A stretch of 64,000 bases of DNA from Candidatus Marinacidobacterales bacterium (GTDB lineage Bacteria; Acidobacteriota; Vicinamibacteria; Marinacidobacterales; DATDRI01): positions 2,880,001-2,944,000 of the forward strand of contig OZ245365.1 of assembly GCA_965226495.1 (NCBI GenBank). The letters are read 5' to 3'. Of the stretch, positions 1 through 11,390 are shown piece after piece. The notes under the pieces are model-generated. The model was not told the DNA's origin. It was given only the letters and a program-made list of their open reading frames with translations, and made no database searches. The translations under genes were made by a program, and so were the position numbers. The first letter of the stretch is position 1, and every line of letters starts with the position of its first letter.

Positions 1-1473
1 GTTGCCGACGACTTCTGTAAACGAGACGGTCTCGTCGATGGGGATTCGATGCCGATGGTACTGTTCCATGAGAAGCACGGTCCAGACGGGAAAAAAAGCT
101 AACAGCGCCGCTGCCGCCCACGCCGGCCGGCGAGACACGAAAGCCCGCAGATAGTCGAACGCCGCCGCGATGCCGAAGGCGAAGATTGGCAGCGCGCCAT
201 CGAATCGTCGGTTGGAGAACGAGCCTCCGGCCCACCAATCCATGATGCACATGTTGACGTATGTCATAAGGATGAGACAGAACGTCATCATCCACACGGT
301 TGTCCATCGCTTCCTGAGCAGCGGAATCAAGCCGAGAAAACCCAGCCACAGTAACGGCGTCCAGCTCAGAAGCCCGTGCCGCGAAGAAAAGAGCGTCTCG
401 AAGACAAAGGGGCTCAAGTATCCGACGAAGCCAGCGCCGTGAGGGGGCCGCGCCAATAGATAATCACCGTAGATCGCCTTCCACGCGAGAAGCTGCGGCG
501 AAAGCCCGACGAGAAAGCCCGCGAACAGAATTGGTCCCGCCAACAACACCGCACGATCCCGGCGCCACCCGGCCCACAGCCAGTCGAATAGCGGCAGAAA
601 CAGCAGCAGGCCATTCTGCCATCGAACGCAAACCATCAACCCGCCGACGAGTCCCAATGCCAGAGCGTCCCTCCATCCCCGTTGGAGACGGCTTCGATCC
701 CAAAACCAGATAAAAAGGACAGCGGTAAACGTTCCCAAGGCATGGCTCATCCACGGCTGATACACGATGTACCAATGCAGCTGCGTGCCGAACCAGACGA
801 GCAACGTCGCCGCGAAGGCTGTGACGGGGTCGAAGTAACGGCGAAGCAAAGACTGTAGGAGGAAAACCGCCATGAACCCGTACAGCATCGAGCCCACCGC
901 AACCGCATTCCAGTGGAACGGACCGTTACCCTTCAGATTCACCTCCTGTCCGGTCCACGCAGCTAAGCGGCCATTGAGCTCACCGAGAAGGAAGAAGGGT
1001 GACCAAAAAACCGCGGGACCGGCGGAGAAGATACTGCGACGGTGCCCGGTTCGTGTCGGAACCTCGAAGCCGTGCCGATCGGCAATACCGAGCAAGCGAT
1101 AGTCGTTCTCGAAGTTAACGTCGAAGTCTTTCCAGAAGGATCGGACGTAGGCAAAGTAGTTGAAACCATCCGACACCATTCGCTTCTCGAGGGAGTGAAA
1201 TTGAAAGACGCTCAAGAGCATCAACAGCAAGAGCACCAACGAGTAGCCATCTCTCCAACCCGAGAGTCGGTACAGGGCCGCTCCTAGCGTTGCGATGAGC
1301 AGCAAACGAACCGCCACACCGAAATCGCTGACGAGAATCCCGGACAAACACCAGTCACGACTGATCAAAACGGCAAACAAGTCCAGGGCTACCAAACCGC
1401 CAACGAAAACGAGTAACGGCGTTGTCCAACTGGGTCTACCCCCGAACAACTTCTGTTGGAAGCCACTCCACAT
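1..1473 (-). CDS. GT-C-fold (GT39/PMT/ArnT-like) multi-pass membrane glycosyltransferase, 3' end runs off the window
   Basis: Absent from the ORF track; translated by hand, open from ATG 1473 to position 1. Motifs SDGFNYFAYVRS, GPAVFWSPF, YQPWMSHA, VRWQN, LFSSRHGLLSWTP and DWWAGGSFSNRRFD are paralogous to the divergent gene at 1573-3492. Confidence 0.8.
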   Translation of the reverse strand, partial: MWSGFQQKLFGGRPSWTTPLLVFVGGLVALDLFAVLISRDWCLSGILVSDFGVAVRLLLIATLGAALYRLSGWRDGYSLVLLLLMLLSVFQFHSLEKRMVSDGFNYFAYVRSFWKDFDVNFENDYRLLGIADRHGFEVPTRTGHRRSIFSAGPAVFWSPFFLLGELNGRLAAWTGQEVNLKGNGPFHWNAVAVGSMLYGFMAVFLLQSLLRRYFDPVTAFAATLLVWFGTQLHWYIVYQPWMSHALGTFTAVLFIWFWDRSRLQRGWRDALALGLVGGLMVCVRWQNGLLLFLPLFDWLWAGWRRDRAVLLAGPILFAGFLVGLSPQLLAWKAIYGDYLLARPPHGAGFVGYLSPFVFETLFSSRHGLLSWTPLLWLGFLGLIPLLRKRWTTVWMMTFCLILMTYVNMCIMDWWAGGSFSNRRFDGALPIFAFGIAAAFDYLRAFVSRRPAWAAAALLAFFPVWTVLLMEQYHRHRIPIDETVSFTEVVGN

Positions 1474-1572
1474 GACAAGCGGAAACTAGCACACCGACAC
1501 TCGAGAGGGGAAGTTGCCAGAGACGGAGTGAACTTGTGTCGATCTCGCTGCGGCACTAACATCGCCGGCGGC

Positions 1573-3492
1573 ATGTGGACGACGCTACTCGTTGGCGGGG
1601 GTTTGGTGCTGGCGGCCCAATCACTCATTGATCCGCTACGCCCAGCCGGCAGCATTTTGGGCCCTCTTTTGGCAGGGCTCGGCCTCGCCATCGCGGCGTG
1701 GCAGCAAGGCCCTTGGAAGCGTCTCCTCCTCCCTACTGTTCTCGCCGCGACCCTCGGGATTTCGGCGCACATCCCTATCGAGTTCCGCGCCGACTCGGCA
1801 CCTTATTTCGTCTACGTTCGCTCCGTCGTTTTCGACGGAGATCTCGACTTCGGGAATGAATGGGACAAGTGGGAATACGACAAAGGGCGCCCGACGCGGA
1901 CCGGATTGGTGAGAAACGCCCAATCGGTGGGCCCCGCGGTTATTTGGAGCCCCGCTTACTTGGGGACTCACACTTATTTGCTCATCGACCGCTGGCTGAC
2001 GGGAAAGGAGCGCTATCGGCTCGACGGCTACGGTCGGCCTTATCGCCGGGCGGTGGCTCTGACCACGTTGACCATGGTGGTCTTGGGAGCGGCCCTCCTC
2101 ATACAAGTATTGCTCCCGATGTTTGGTGCGCGGATCGCGGCGGTAGCAGTCATCGGCTCGGTCTTTGCCTCTCCGGTCCTTTATTACGCGTTTGTCGTTC
2201 CAACGATGGCGCACGGGGTCACGTTCGGCGCCGCCGCGATATTCATTTGGGCTTGGGATCGGGTCCGCCGCGTTCCCTCTTTGAAAACGTGGACGATTTT
2301 GGGTATGGCGCTCGGCTTGGTAACCCTCTCGCGCTGGCAGGGTGCCTTGTACGGTCTGATGGTACTCCCACTCGTGGCGCAGGGCTTAACGACGAAGACC
2401 CTACGTCCCGTTTGGCTGGCCGCTTCCGCGGGCGCAGGCTTACTCGTCTTCTCTCCTCAACTTATCGCCTGGAAGATCCTATTCGGTCGATGGCTCACCA
2501 TCCCCCAAGGGCGGGGATTCCTCAGCTTCTCGTCCCCACACCTGCTGGAGCCGCTCGTCTCCGCGAACCACGGCTTCTTCAACTGGACGCCGGCCATGTT
2601 TCTCGGATTCGTCGGCCTTGTCTTCGGTTTCAGCGGTTTCAGCGGTTTCAGCGGCCTCCACCGATCGCGCCTACTCTATGGCGGGAGTCTCCTCGTCTTC
2701 GTCGCCACCGCCTGGGTCAATGGCAGTGTCCCGGAATACGATTGGGCGGCGGGTGACGCCTTCGGTGCCCGGCGGTTTTCACTCGTTGTTCCCCTAATGG
2801 CACTCGGCTTGGGCGCGCTCTTGGAAGCCACGGTAGGGGTCTTGGCGCGGAAACCCTTGTTGGTACCGGCCGCCGTGTTACTCCTGCTCTCCCTTTGGAA
2901 CGTCGGCCTGATCTCTCACTTCCGTGCCCGAAAATACCGGGGGTCGGCACCACTCGAGCAAGTCGCCGCAGACCAGGCGCGAGGTCTACGACTCGCCAGT
3001 CAAGAGATTCTCGGTTGGGTTGCAGGTGAGCGAGGCCGTGCCTGGGCCTACGAAATTTTTTCCGCCGAGTATTTCTATACTCGGTTCAATCGTAGCGGAA
3101 CGATCAATCTCCGCTCCGCGGGTCAACAATACCTGTTGGACGGGTGGGGCACCGGCAGCCGCAGAAAAGCTGATCGCACCTTTCGTCGTGCCCTCCACCC
3201 TCAAGCCTGCGTGCGAGTCCCGCTCCAAGAACCCATTGACTTGAGGACGGTCGTCACTGCCAGGGCACCGGAGGGTCTCGCTTCTCAAGCACTAACCGTA
3301 GCACTCAACGGTGAGGCTCTGACGACCGTGCCGCTCTCCAATCAGTGGGAAGACATCAAGTTCACGATGCCGGCTCGACTCTTGGTACCAGGGGAAAACT
3401 CGCTCTGCCTTCGATTCTCTGATGCTCTCCCCCCCAACGAACAAGGCGGGGAGCGAGTCGCCGCTTTCGTGGAACGGATCCAACTTCCCTAG
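1573..3492 (+). CDS. GT-C-fold membrane glycosyltransferase with C-terminal extracytoplasmic beta-sandwich-like domain
   Basis: ORF 1456-3492; ATG 1573 preferred because the longer start overlaps the divergent gene. Motifs ADSAPYFVYVRS, GPAVIWSP, SRWQ, SANHGFFNWTP, DWAAGDAFGARRF; many hydrophobic helices. Confidence 0.75.
   Translation: MWTTLLVGGGLVLAAQSLIDPLRPAGSILGPLLAGLGLAIAAWQQGPWKRLLLPTVLAATLGISAHIPIEFRADSAPYFVYVRSVVFDGDLDFGNEWDKWEYDKGRPTRTGLVRNAQSVGPAVIWSPAYLGTHTYLLIDRWLTGKERYRLDGYGRPYRRAVALTTLTMVVLGAALLIQVLLPMFGARIAAVAVIGSVFASPVLYYAFVVPTMAHGVTFGAAAIFIWAWDRVRRVPSLKTWTILGMALGLVTLSRWQGALYGLMVLPLVAQGLTTKTLRPVWLAASAGAGLLVFSPQLIAWKILFGRWLTIPQGRGFLSFSSPHLLEPLVSANHGFFNWTPAMFLGFVGLVFGFSGFSGFSGLHRSRLLYGGSLLVFVATAWVNGSVPEYDWAAGDAFGARRFSLVVPLMALGLGALLEATVGVLARKPLLVPAAVLLLLSLWNVGLISHFRARKYRGSAPLEQVAADQARGLRLASQEILGWVAGERGRAWAYEIFSAEYFYTRFNRSGTINLRSAGQQYLLDGWGTGSRRKADRTFRRALHPQACVRVPLQEPIDLRTVVTARAPEGLASQALTVALNGEALTTVPLSNQWEDIKFTMPARLLVPGENSLCLRFSDALPPNEQGGERVAAFVERIQLP
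2625..2654 (+). repeat. In-frame 9-bp tandem repeat (GGTTTCAGC x3) encoding GFSGFSGFS
   Basis: Read directly from the sequence. Confidence 0.9.
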
Positions 3493-3578
3493 CGCTATCG
3501 GTCGAGCACCCGATGCTTAGACACGTCTTGCCGAACTGAACCGAACTCAGTATGCTGGATACAACAGGAGTGAGAAAC

Positions 3579-4268
3579 ATGCGTTTCCATATGGCGATTT
3601 GGGCTTTACTTTTTCTGGCGACGACGACCCTCGCGGCGCCTCTCCCCCCTCCCCTGCAAAACCCCATGCGAGTCGGGGTCGTAGTCTTTGACGGGTTTCT
3701 CACCAGCGAGGTAACAGCACCCCTCGAAGTCTTTGCCAAAGCCTCATCCAAGGGTCCGCTCAAGTTCGAGGTCCTGACGGTGGCAGCGGAGAACCAGATC
3801 GTCACCAGTGAGGAAGGACTTCGACTCCAGCCCGATGTGGATTTTGCTAGCAGCCCTGCCCTCGACATCCTCATAGTACCCAGTTCGCTCGACGTCGAAG
3901 GACTCATGGCCGACCAAGCGGCGGTGGGATTCATTAGGGACCAAGGCGCCAAGGCCACTTACCTTGCAAGCAACTGCGCGGGAGCGTTCTTGCTAGGCAA
4001 GGCCGGTCTACTGGATGGTCGGCGCGTCACGACCTACATCGGTGGAAATGCCGACCTCCAGAAGAAATTCCCCAAGGCAAAGGTCATCGACGGCAAGCAC
4101 ATCGTGGTAGACGGGAATCTCGTTACTTCGATCGGTGGGGTGACAACCTACGACGCCACGCTCACTATGCTCGAGCGCATCACAAGTCCAGAGCTCGCCG
4201 ACAAGGTGGCAGACGCGCTCTACTATTTTTCTTGGCTCAAGAGAACCAGCTCGGGAGAAACTCCCTAG
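3579..4268 (+). CDS. DJ-1/PfpI (ThiJ/InhA-like) family protein with signal peptide
   Basis: AGGAG RBS before ATG 3579; VGVVVFDGFLTSEV, DILIVP, SNCAGAFLL (nucleophile Cys), GLLDGRRVTT, VVDGNLVTS. Confidence 0.85.
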   Translation: MRFHMAIWALLFLATTTLAAPLPPPLQNPMRVGVVVFDGFLTSEVTAPLEVFAKASSKGPLKFEVLTVAAENQIVTSEEGLRLQPDVDFASSPALDILIVPSSLDVEGLMADQAAVGFIRDQGAKATYLASNCAGAFLLGKAGLLDGRRVTTYIGGNADLQKKFPKAKVIDGKHIVVDGNLVTSIGGVTTYDATLTMLERITSPELADKVADALYYFSWLKRTSSGETP

Positions 4269-7200
4269 GGCGTAGTGGCGCTGATTATCGAAAAGGAATG
4301 ATTGTCAGCCTCGTCGCTGGTCTTGATGGCGAAGTAATACAGGGTCCCCGGAAGTAAGCCGCCGATTTCGAAGCTCTCCTGCGACCCCAGCGACTTGGGT
4401 GCGAGGCCGCTGGCCGCGAGCATCGCGCCATCGAAATTCGTGTCCGTGATCTCGACCGTGTCGTAGCGGATCTCGTAAGAGCTCGCTTGGCCCGTGTTGC
4501 CATCGTCGCCCGGCGCCCCCCATGTGAGCGTGGCATCGATATCCGAACCTCCGGTCTCCGACACTTCGACCCCTGCCAAGGCGGCGTAGAACTTTCCGTT
4601 CGAATATCGGTTCATCTCCGTAACCAACACCCTCACGTAGCGCCCAGATGTAGGAGGAAGATTGAAGGTGTACCACGTGGAGGGGTTTGCCACAAAGCCT
4701 GCTACGGTTACGGCGTCGGTGAAGTTGTTATTAGGGTCGTTGCCGACTTGAAGCTTGAACGACCTAGGAAAGAGGGCCACATTTTGATTGCTCGAGAGGA
4801 GACGCACCTGGCCCACTGAAACTTCCACACCCAGATCGAGTGTGATCCACTCCTGGCGGTGTTGCTTCACCCCCGGCGAAATCCAAAGAGTGGACGGATC
4901 GGCATCCAGCACGTTTGCCTCCGGCGATAGGGCACCCGAAGAGTTTTTCACGGCGAGAGACACAGGCGGGGACGCGAAGCCTACACTGAAGTTGGACACT
5001 TGAGCCGGGGCCTCTTCATCGAGCGTGCTTCCCAACACCACGGCGGATAGATCCGACATCAGGCCACCCGGGTCCACCGCCCTCACCGCACAGTTATAGT
5101 TGGTCTGATTAGCAAGGTTGGTGACTTCGAACGCGAGCGTGTTCCCCGGGCTCACAGGGGAGGGACCGGGGCCGAAGGGAGCGAGGGCCTCGAAATCGCC
5201 GACACCGCTAATGGCGGAAGTCGAGCAACCGATTTCGTAGTGGTCGACTGGCCCCGAGCCGTTGTCGCCTGCGTCGTTGGGAGGTTCGACGAATTCAATG
5301 GTGATGGAGCTTCCGGTGGCGAGGCCGTTCAGCACCTGGAGCCCGGTGATGGGGCCCGGCGGCGATCCCGGAGTGGAGACCTGTATCACGTTCGACAGCT
5401 CGGAGACATTGGAGCTGTCGTCTTCCGTCGTGATGGCGAACCAAAGCAGCTGCTCGGGAGGCAAACCGGTGAGGGCCAGAGTCTCGGGAGAACCCGCCGC
5501 CTGGGGCGCAGGAACCTCCTGGTCGGGCACGGGCGTCGCGTTGTCGAAGTCGTCATCATCCACTATCTCGGTTGTCGCGTAGTGGACGAGGTACTTGCTC
5601 GCCGTCCCCACGTCTAAATCGCCTCCCGGTGACGGTCCACGACAGCATCACGCCGTTCGTCGCGGGAACGTGGCGGAATACTTCGATCTCCGCCAGCTGT
5701 GCGTAGTACTTTTTGTTCGAGTACTGGTTCATGGCGGTAATTCGTATCCGCACGTAGCGTCCGGAGATGGGACTGGGTAGATCGAACGTGTACCAAGTGG
5801 ACGACGCGGCCACGAAGTTGGTGACCGTCAACCCGGTAGCAAAGTTGACTTGAGGGTCGTTACCCACTTGAATTTCGAACGACTTGGCGAAAAGCAGTGG
5901 ACTTTGATTGCTAGAGAGAAGCCGTACGCGCCCGACATCGACTACCGACCCAATATCGACCGTGATGTACTCGACCCGCGTCGGCTTGACACCCGGCGAC
6001 AACCAATAGGTGCTCTCGTCGTCGTCTACCGTGTTGTCTTCGTCGAAGCCTGACAACACTCCCGAGCTGTTGGCCGCGGTCAGGGGCGTCATCTCGCTGA
6101 ACGCTCCACCGCCGGAAGTTCCTTGCAAATCTACGATCGCCGCCGGCGGGATCCCATCGAGCGTCTCCATCTGCGCGTTGTTGGATGGTGGCGACACGTT
6201 GCCAACATCATCTCTGCTTGTGATGGCGAAGTAATAGTGAGTGCCCGGGTCCAGGTTGTTCACCGTCATCGCCTGGGTCGTCCCAGGATCCTGTGGGGTG
6301 GGCGGCACTTCGTCCGTCACCAACATCGTGGATGCGAAATTGCCGGCGCCGATGGGAAATTCCGAGTAGCGCACTTCATACGAAGTGACCTTCCCGCCGG
6401 AGGGTCCATCTTCTGTCGGGGCGTCCCAATCCAACTCCATGCTCGTTTTGGTGGGACCGAATGCGCGTAGGCTCGTAATCACGGCAGGAGGAACCCCTGG
6501 GGTCGCGATAGTCACGATGTTGGACAGGAGCGATCGGTTGCCCGCGTCATCGACGCTCGTCATAGCCGCATTGATTGTGATTTCGTCCGGCAAACCGGTG
6601 ACGGTTAGCGATTGCGTTCCGCCGAGCACCGGGGTGGGCTCGTTGGCAGCCTGGACCGCCGAGTTGTAGTCAAAGGGGATGCCGGCGGACGATCCGCGGA
6701 GATCGTACGTGGCGACGGGCTCCGTGCCGCCACCCTCGTCGTCCGCGGGAGCATCCCAGCTAAACACAAGGGTCCCGAAAACCGGGTTGTCTTTGAGTAC
6801 CTCCACTTCACCGATCAGGGCATTGTAGGGAAACTTGTTGGTGTAGAAGTTCGTGTCGGTGATCCAGATCCTCACATATTGGCCCGAGACGACCGGGGAC
6901 GCATCGAAGTCGTACCAGATGCCCGGTTGTGCAACGAAGTTTGCTTCGGTACGCACCGTTATGTAGTTCGCGTCGGGTTGGTCGCTGACCTGGAACTGGA
7001 AACCCTTCGGGAAGAGCAGCGCGCTGTCGTTGGTTGACGCCAGCAGGCGAATTCGGGCCACCGGCAACGTGGCCCCGAGATCAATGGTCACGAACTCAGT
7101 GGTGACGCTACTCTTGGAAGTACTTTGCCACTTGGTAGCTGGGTCACCGTCAGCGATGTTCTGTTTGGCGCCTGCGTTGCTCGTCCATTCGCTAGAGGCG

Positions 7201-9210
7201 TCGATCGCGGTAAGACCAGATACATCGGTCAGCCCCGATGGAAGCTGCGCGGTGAGCGTCACGGCAGGCGGGGGTTGCGTGTCGATCTCGAGGATCATCG
7301 GCGGGGAGAAGGCACCGGGGATTGCCGCAGCGTCCCGCGCCTGAACTCTCCACTGATAGATGCTGCCAGCGGGCAGTGCCGACGCAGGTGTGAACGACGT
7401 GATCGCGGTGATGACGTCGATCGCGGTCCCCCCACTCGTAACGTTATCCACCACCAACCGGTAGCTGGCGGCGTCCGTCACAGCACTCCACTGGAAAGTC
7501 GGCGTCGTGTCGTTGGTCGCGTCGACGAGGGGGCTTAGCAGATTCGGCGCGGCGAGCACTCCCACGCAACCATCGAGAGAGACATCGTCCACGAAAAAGT
7601 TGGACAAAAACGGAAGACCGGTGGTCGTCGACTCGAAGCGTAGCGTGTGGCTTCCGCCGTCGGCGAAGGCGTCCACGTCGAGGGTAACTTGGGTGTAGCC
7701 GCCGGTGTAAGTGGCATCCCCCTCAAGAGCCGAGAAGATCTCTTGCCCATCGATGAGGACCCGCATATCGTCCACGCCGTTTCCGCTGGAGACATTGATC
7801 CAAAGGTAGAACGAGAGGGATGCCGCCCCGAGCGGAATGTTGACGGCCTGCTCGACGGAACCCTGTTCCACCGATTCATTCTTACCGCCAAACCAGATCC
7901 ACCAATCGCCGGTTCGGGCCGCGGTCACTCCGCAAATGTTGGGGTCGCAAAGCGGCGTCCCAAAGTTGGTCGAAACCTGCGCCCACGCAGGGCTGGCGGT
8001 GCCTCCTTCGAAGCTGCCGTCCGCGACTCTCTCGCTGCACTGACCGGCGGTGGTGAAAGACCAGACCGGTCCGGACACCTCGGTGCCCAAGGAATCCCGA
8101 CTGACGACTCTCCAATAGTACGTGGTGGTGAATTCGAGGAATCCGGGCACGAAGCTGCTTTCAGTTTGGTCGCTCGATAGGAGCGGTGGAGCGGGCGAGG
8201 TCCCGAAGTAGACGTCATAGGTCGAAGCTCCGGCGATCCAGGACAGCGTTGGGGTGTGATCCACTTCGACCGCTCCATCGACCGGCGATGGGGCACGGGG
8301 AGCAATGTCGCCCTGAAGCAAATCGACCCGAAAAGCCCCCCGGCCATGTGTGAAGGCGAAGAGTCTGGTTTGTGAAGCATCGAGCGCAAGCGTTTCCGTC
8401 ACCACGTTGGCAAAGCCGGTGTTCTCGACGGCCCAAGTGGCGCCCGCGTCAATCGAAGTGAAAACACCGAGATCGGTTCCCACATAAAGGCGGCTTCCCA
8501 CCGGAGCCGCCACCGGATCGACCACGATGGAATGGCTCGGTACGTCGGGGATGCCGGTGCTTCCTGAGCCATCTAAATCGACCCAGCTCGCACCGCCGTT
8601 GGTGCTCCTCCACACGTGCACGCCGCCGAACGTCGAATAGGTGGCGTACGCCGTCATTTCGTCCTCGGGATGAAACGCGAGAGACGACACGAATCCGCTC
8701 CTGGGCCGGGTGGACGGCCAGTCGGTCGTGGATGACGCGCCGAGGCCGACGTCGGTGCGATGTATACGCCCGTTGCTCAGCCCCACCAAAACGCGGTTGG
8801 GGTTCGTCGGAGCCACCGCCAGCGCACTCACGGTGCTCCCGAGCTGGGTGCTTGCTTGGAACCAGTTAGAGGCTCCATTTAGAGTGCGCCAGACAAACCG
8901 ACCTCCCGTCCACAACCGCTGAGAGTTACTCGGATCCATGATGAAGGGAGTAATGAAGAGACCGGAATCACTAATGCCGGTGGTGGCGCTCGAAAAGCTC
9001 GCCCCACCGTTGGTGGATTTCCGAATCGCCCAGTTCTGAAACTCCGCATACAGCACGTTGGTGTTGGTGGGGTCGACCGCCACATAGCCACCATCGCCCC
9101 CCATGATCGCCTGCCAGTTCTGCGCGCCGCCGGTGTCGTTACCTCGGATGGTGCCGTTGTCCTGAGTACCACCGAAGTAAGTTTGCCCATCCGGGTAAGG
9201 GGCACCATGG

Positions 9211-9237
9211 CCTTGGTGGTAGCCAGGTACGTGCCGT
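9211..9237. other. 27-nt insertion matching IS256 transposase sequence at 48078-48105 (one-base gap)
   Basis: ccttggtggtagc-caggtacgtgccgt versus ccttggtggtagcgcaggtacgtgccgt. Confidence 0.9.
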
Positions 9238-9354
9238 ACTGCGTCACCCCGTAGTTATTGTTCAAATTGGACCAGACCACGTCGGAGCTCGAGCCCGAGC
9301 ATATGTTGAGGTCGGTCCCCGCTCTGGAATTAAGAGTCCGGTAAATGCCGCCGT

Positions 9355-9527
9355 CGTTTCCCGCGTAGAGTGTGGTGTTGGTCACTCCGTCGTAGTCGGG
9401 CGGAAACACTAAGGCGTGTTGATCGACGTGGGCGCTCCAGGACCGTTTCCCGCGTAGAGTGTGGTGTTGGTCACTCCGTCGTAGTCGGGCGGAAACACTA
9501 AGGCGTGTTGATCGACGTGGGCGCTCC
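9355..9527. repeat. Exact 84-bp direct duplication (9355-9438 and 9444-9527) with 5-nt filler AGGAC
   Basis: Base-by-base identity; the 89-nt period explains the frameshift. Confidence 0.95.
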
Positions 9528-11390
9528 GACCGGCAAAGCCCCAGTTCTGCCCGCCGTCATCGGAACGGAAGAGGTCGACCCCACCGCTCCAGACGATATC
9601 CGAATCCAGCGGATCTACCGCAATGACATTGTCGTACCAACCCTGATTGAAAAAGGAACTGGAGCACAAGGCAAACCAGCTGTTTGTCAGAAGCATCCTG
9701 TTCATAGGGGTCGGATCGTTGTTACGTACGCGAGCCGTCCAGGAACCTCCACCATCCGTGGAACGAAAGACCGCATGAAGACCGTAGAAGAACTGACCGG
9801 ACACACGGCTCGCCGAAAGCGCGTAGATCACATCCTCGTCGGAGGGTGCGATCGCCAACTCAGTCCGCCCCAACCCCGTTTCGGTCAACGATGCGGACCA
9901 CGCACCGCCGCCACCCGCATCCGAATTACGGTACACCGTCGCGTCATTGAACGTACCCCCGCAGGAAGCGAACACCACGTCGTTCGCCGAGTCGGTACGA
10001 GTCGCGAGATCCAGGCACCCGTTCGAGGTCTCGGGGTTTAGCACTTGGGACCAGCTGGTTCCACCATTCAGTGAACGCCAGACCCCGCTCCTCGTTGCCG
10101 CGTAGACTCGCTGCGAGCTGTTCGGGCTCACCACGACGGCGTTCACGTAATGAAAGCTCGAGTTGTTGGTGGAAGCGAGGTGGCTCCAACTCACCCCTCC
10201 GTCGGTCGTCTTGAAGATCCCCGCGCCACGGACCGCGTCGAAATTGAAAATGCCTTCACCCGTCCCGACATAGAGCACGCTGGAGTCATTTGGATCCATC
10301 GCCATCGACGCCACCGCCAAATTGGCCATCAGGTCATCGAGAGCCGACCAAGATGAGCCTCCGTTGATCGTCTTCCACACTCCCCCGGCCACGCCTCCGG
10401 CATACATCACGTCGGCATTTCCGGGGTCGATGACCAGGGCGCGAGTGCGCCCTCCGACGTTTCCGGGACCGAGCTCCTCCCAGGTGGAGAGCGCTTGCAT
10501 CGCGGAGGCGGTCATCCCTATTGGAGCCATGAGGTCGGACGCCGTGGAGTAAACCGACATGTTCCTCATTTGCCTCTGAGCACCCAAGTAGCGCTCCACT
10601 GGAACCGCCGTCTCCCCTACCGGAGCCCGCTTCGCCCGATAGTACTCTTGCGCCTCCGCCGGTTTATCGAATCGAGCCTTTCCCTTGACGAGCTTGCGTT
10701 CGAGGCTCGCCGGCTTGGAAACAGGCAGCACCGACGAAACCCTGATGACGCCGCCGCGACCCGGCACGTGAGGCGGATGGGTCATGGCAAGAGCGCAAAG
10801 GCTTCCATACACGAGAACGATGAAGCCCGGTCGGTTGCCTTTTTTCATCTAGGCCTAGCGGTCGCGCGCGAGGGCGTTTTGTTACTTTGCTCCGCGGTAA
10901 CGCGGGAGGCAAAGCCACTCGGTTTCCACGTCATTCCATTTCGTCCTTCCGCGGGGTCGGGTATCTAGACTGCAGATCCCGTGCCACGGACCCCAACCAC
11001 CCTGTGCGTCTTGTCGGGCAAAGATGGTGTTTAGGTACCTCGCTAAGTCTATAGAATTGGGGAGCTTGTTGACAGAGCCACTAAGTCGACTTTTCTCATT
11101 CGGCCGGGCGTTTGCCCTCACTGAGGCGATCCCTATACCGGTTACAAATTTCGTCGGGTTCGCAGTGCTAACTTATTGCAAACAAGTGATTTCGATCACA
11201 CGGTGGAACGAATATGTGCTTGTAGCGATACCGACGGCGGCGGCCACCGGCCCCCTCCTCTACGGCTCCGTTGCTCCGCCGAGCGTTCAGACTGGATTGG
11301 CGGCGCTCTTTGTGGCAGGATACCCCCCGCAGTTCGTCTCTGGAATCACGGCGCGCTACGAAAGCGCCCGGTAGTAGAAACACGGGAGGG

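Larger units (their letters stand above)
4265..10848 (-). pseudogene. Giant secreted protein (~2,156 aa reconstructed): Asp-box/BNR beta-propellers, FN3-like and three F5/8-type-C-like domains; interrupted three times
   Basis: ORFs 9409-10848, 8879-9409, 5556-9104 and 4265-5611 join into one frame after removing net 89, 23 and 1 nt (6584-113=6471 nt, 2157 codons). Repeated S/TxDGGxSW motifs, GPGNVGGRTRAL, and WxAPxDD...YxxRY FN3-like motifs. Confidence 0.85.

Noticed and set aside
9355-9527. Diversity-generating retroelement TR/VR pair
   Set aside because: The copies are identical with no adenine-specific mismatches, and there is no reverse transcriptase in the window.
10860-10960. Possible riboswitch upstream of the giant gene
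   Set aside because: Hairpin potential only; no match to riboswitch consensus elements I can recognise.
11024-11374. 116-aa ORF, possibly a remnant with weak IPT/TIG-like residues
   Set aside because: No RBS or convincing motif; it cannot be supported by eye.
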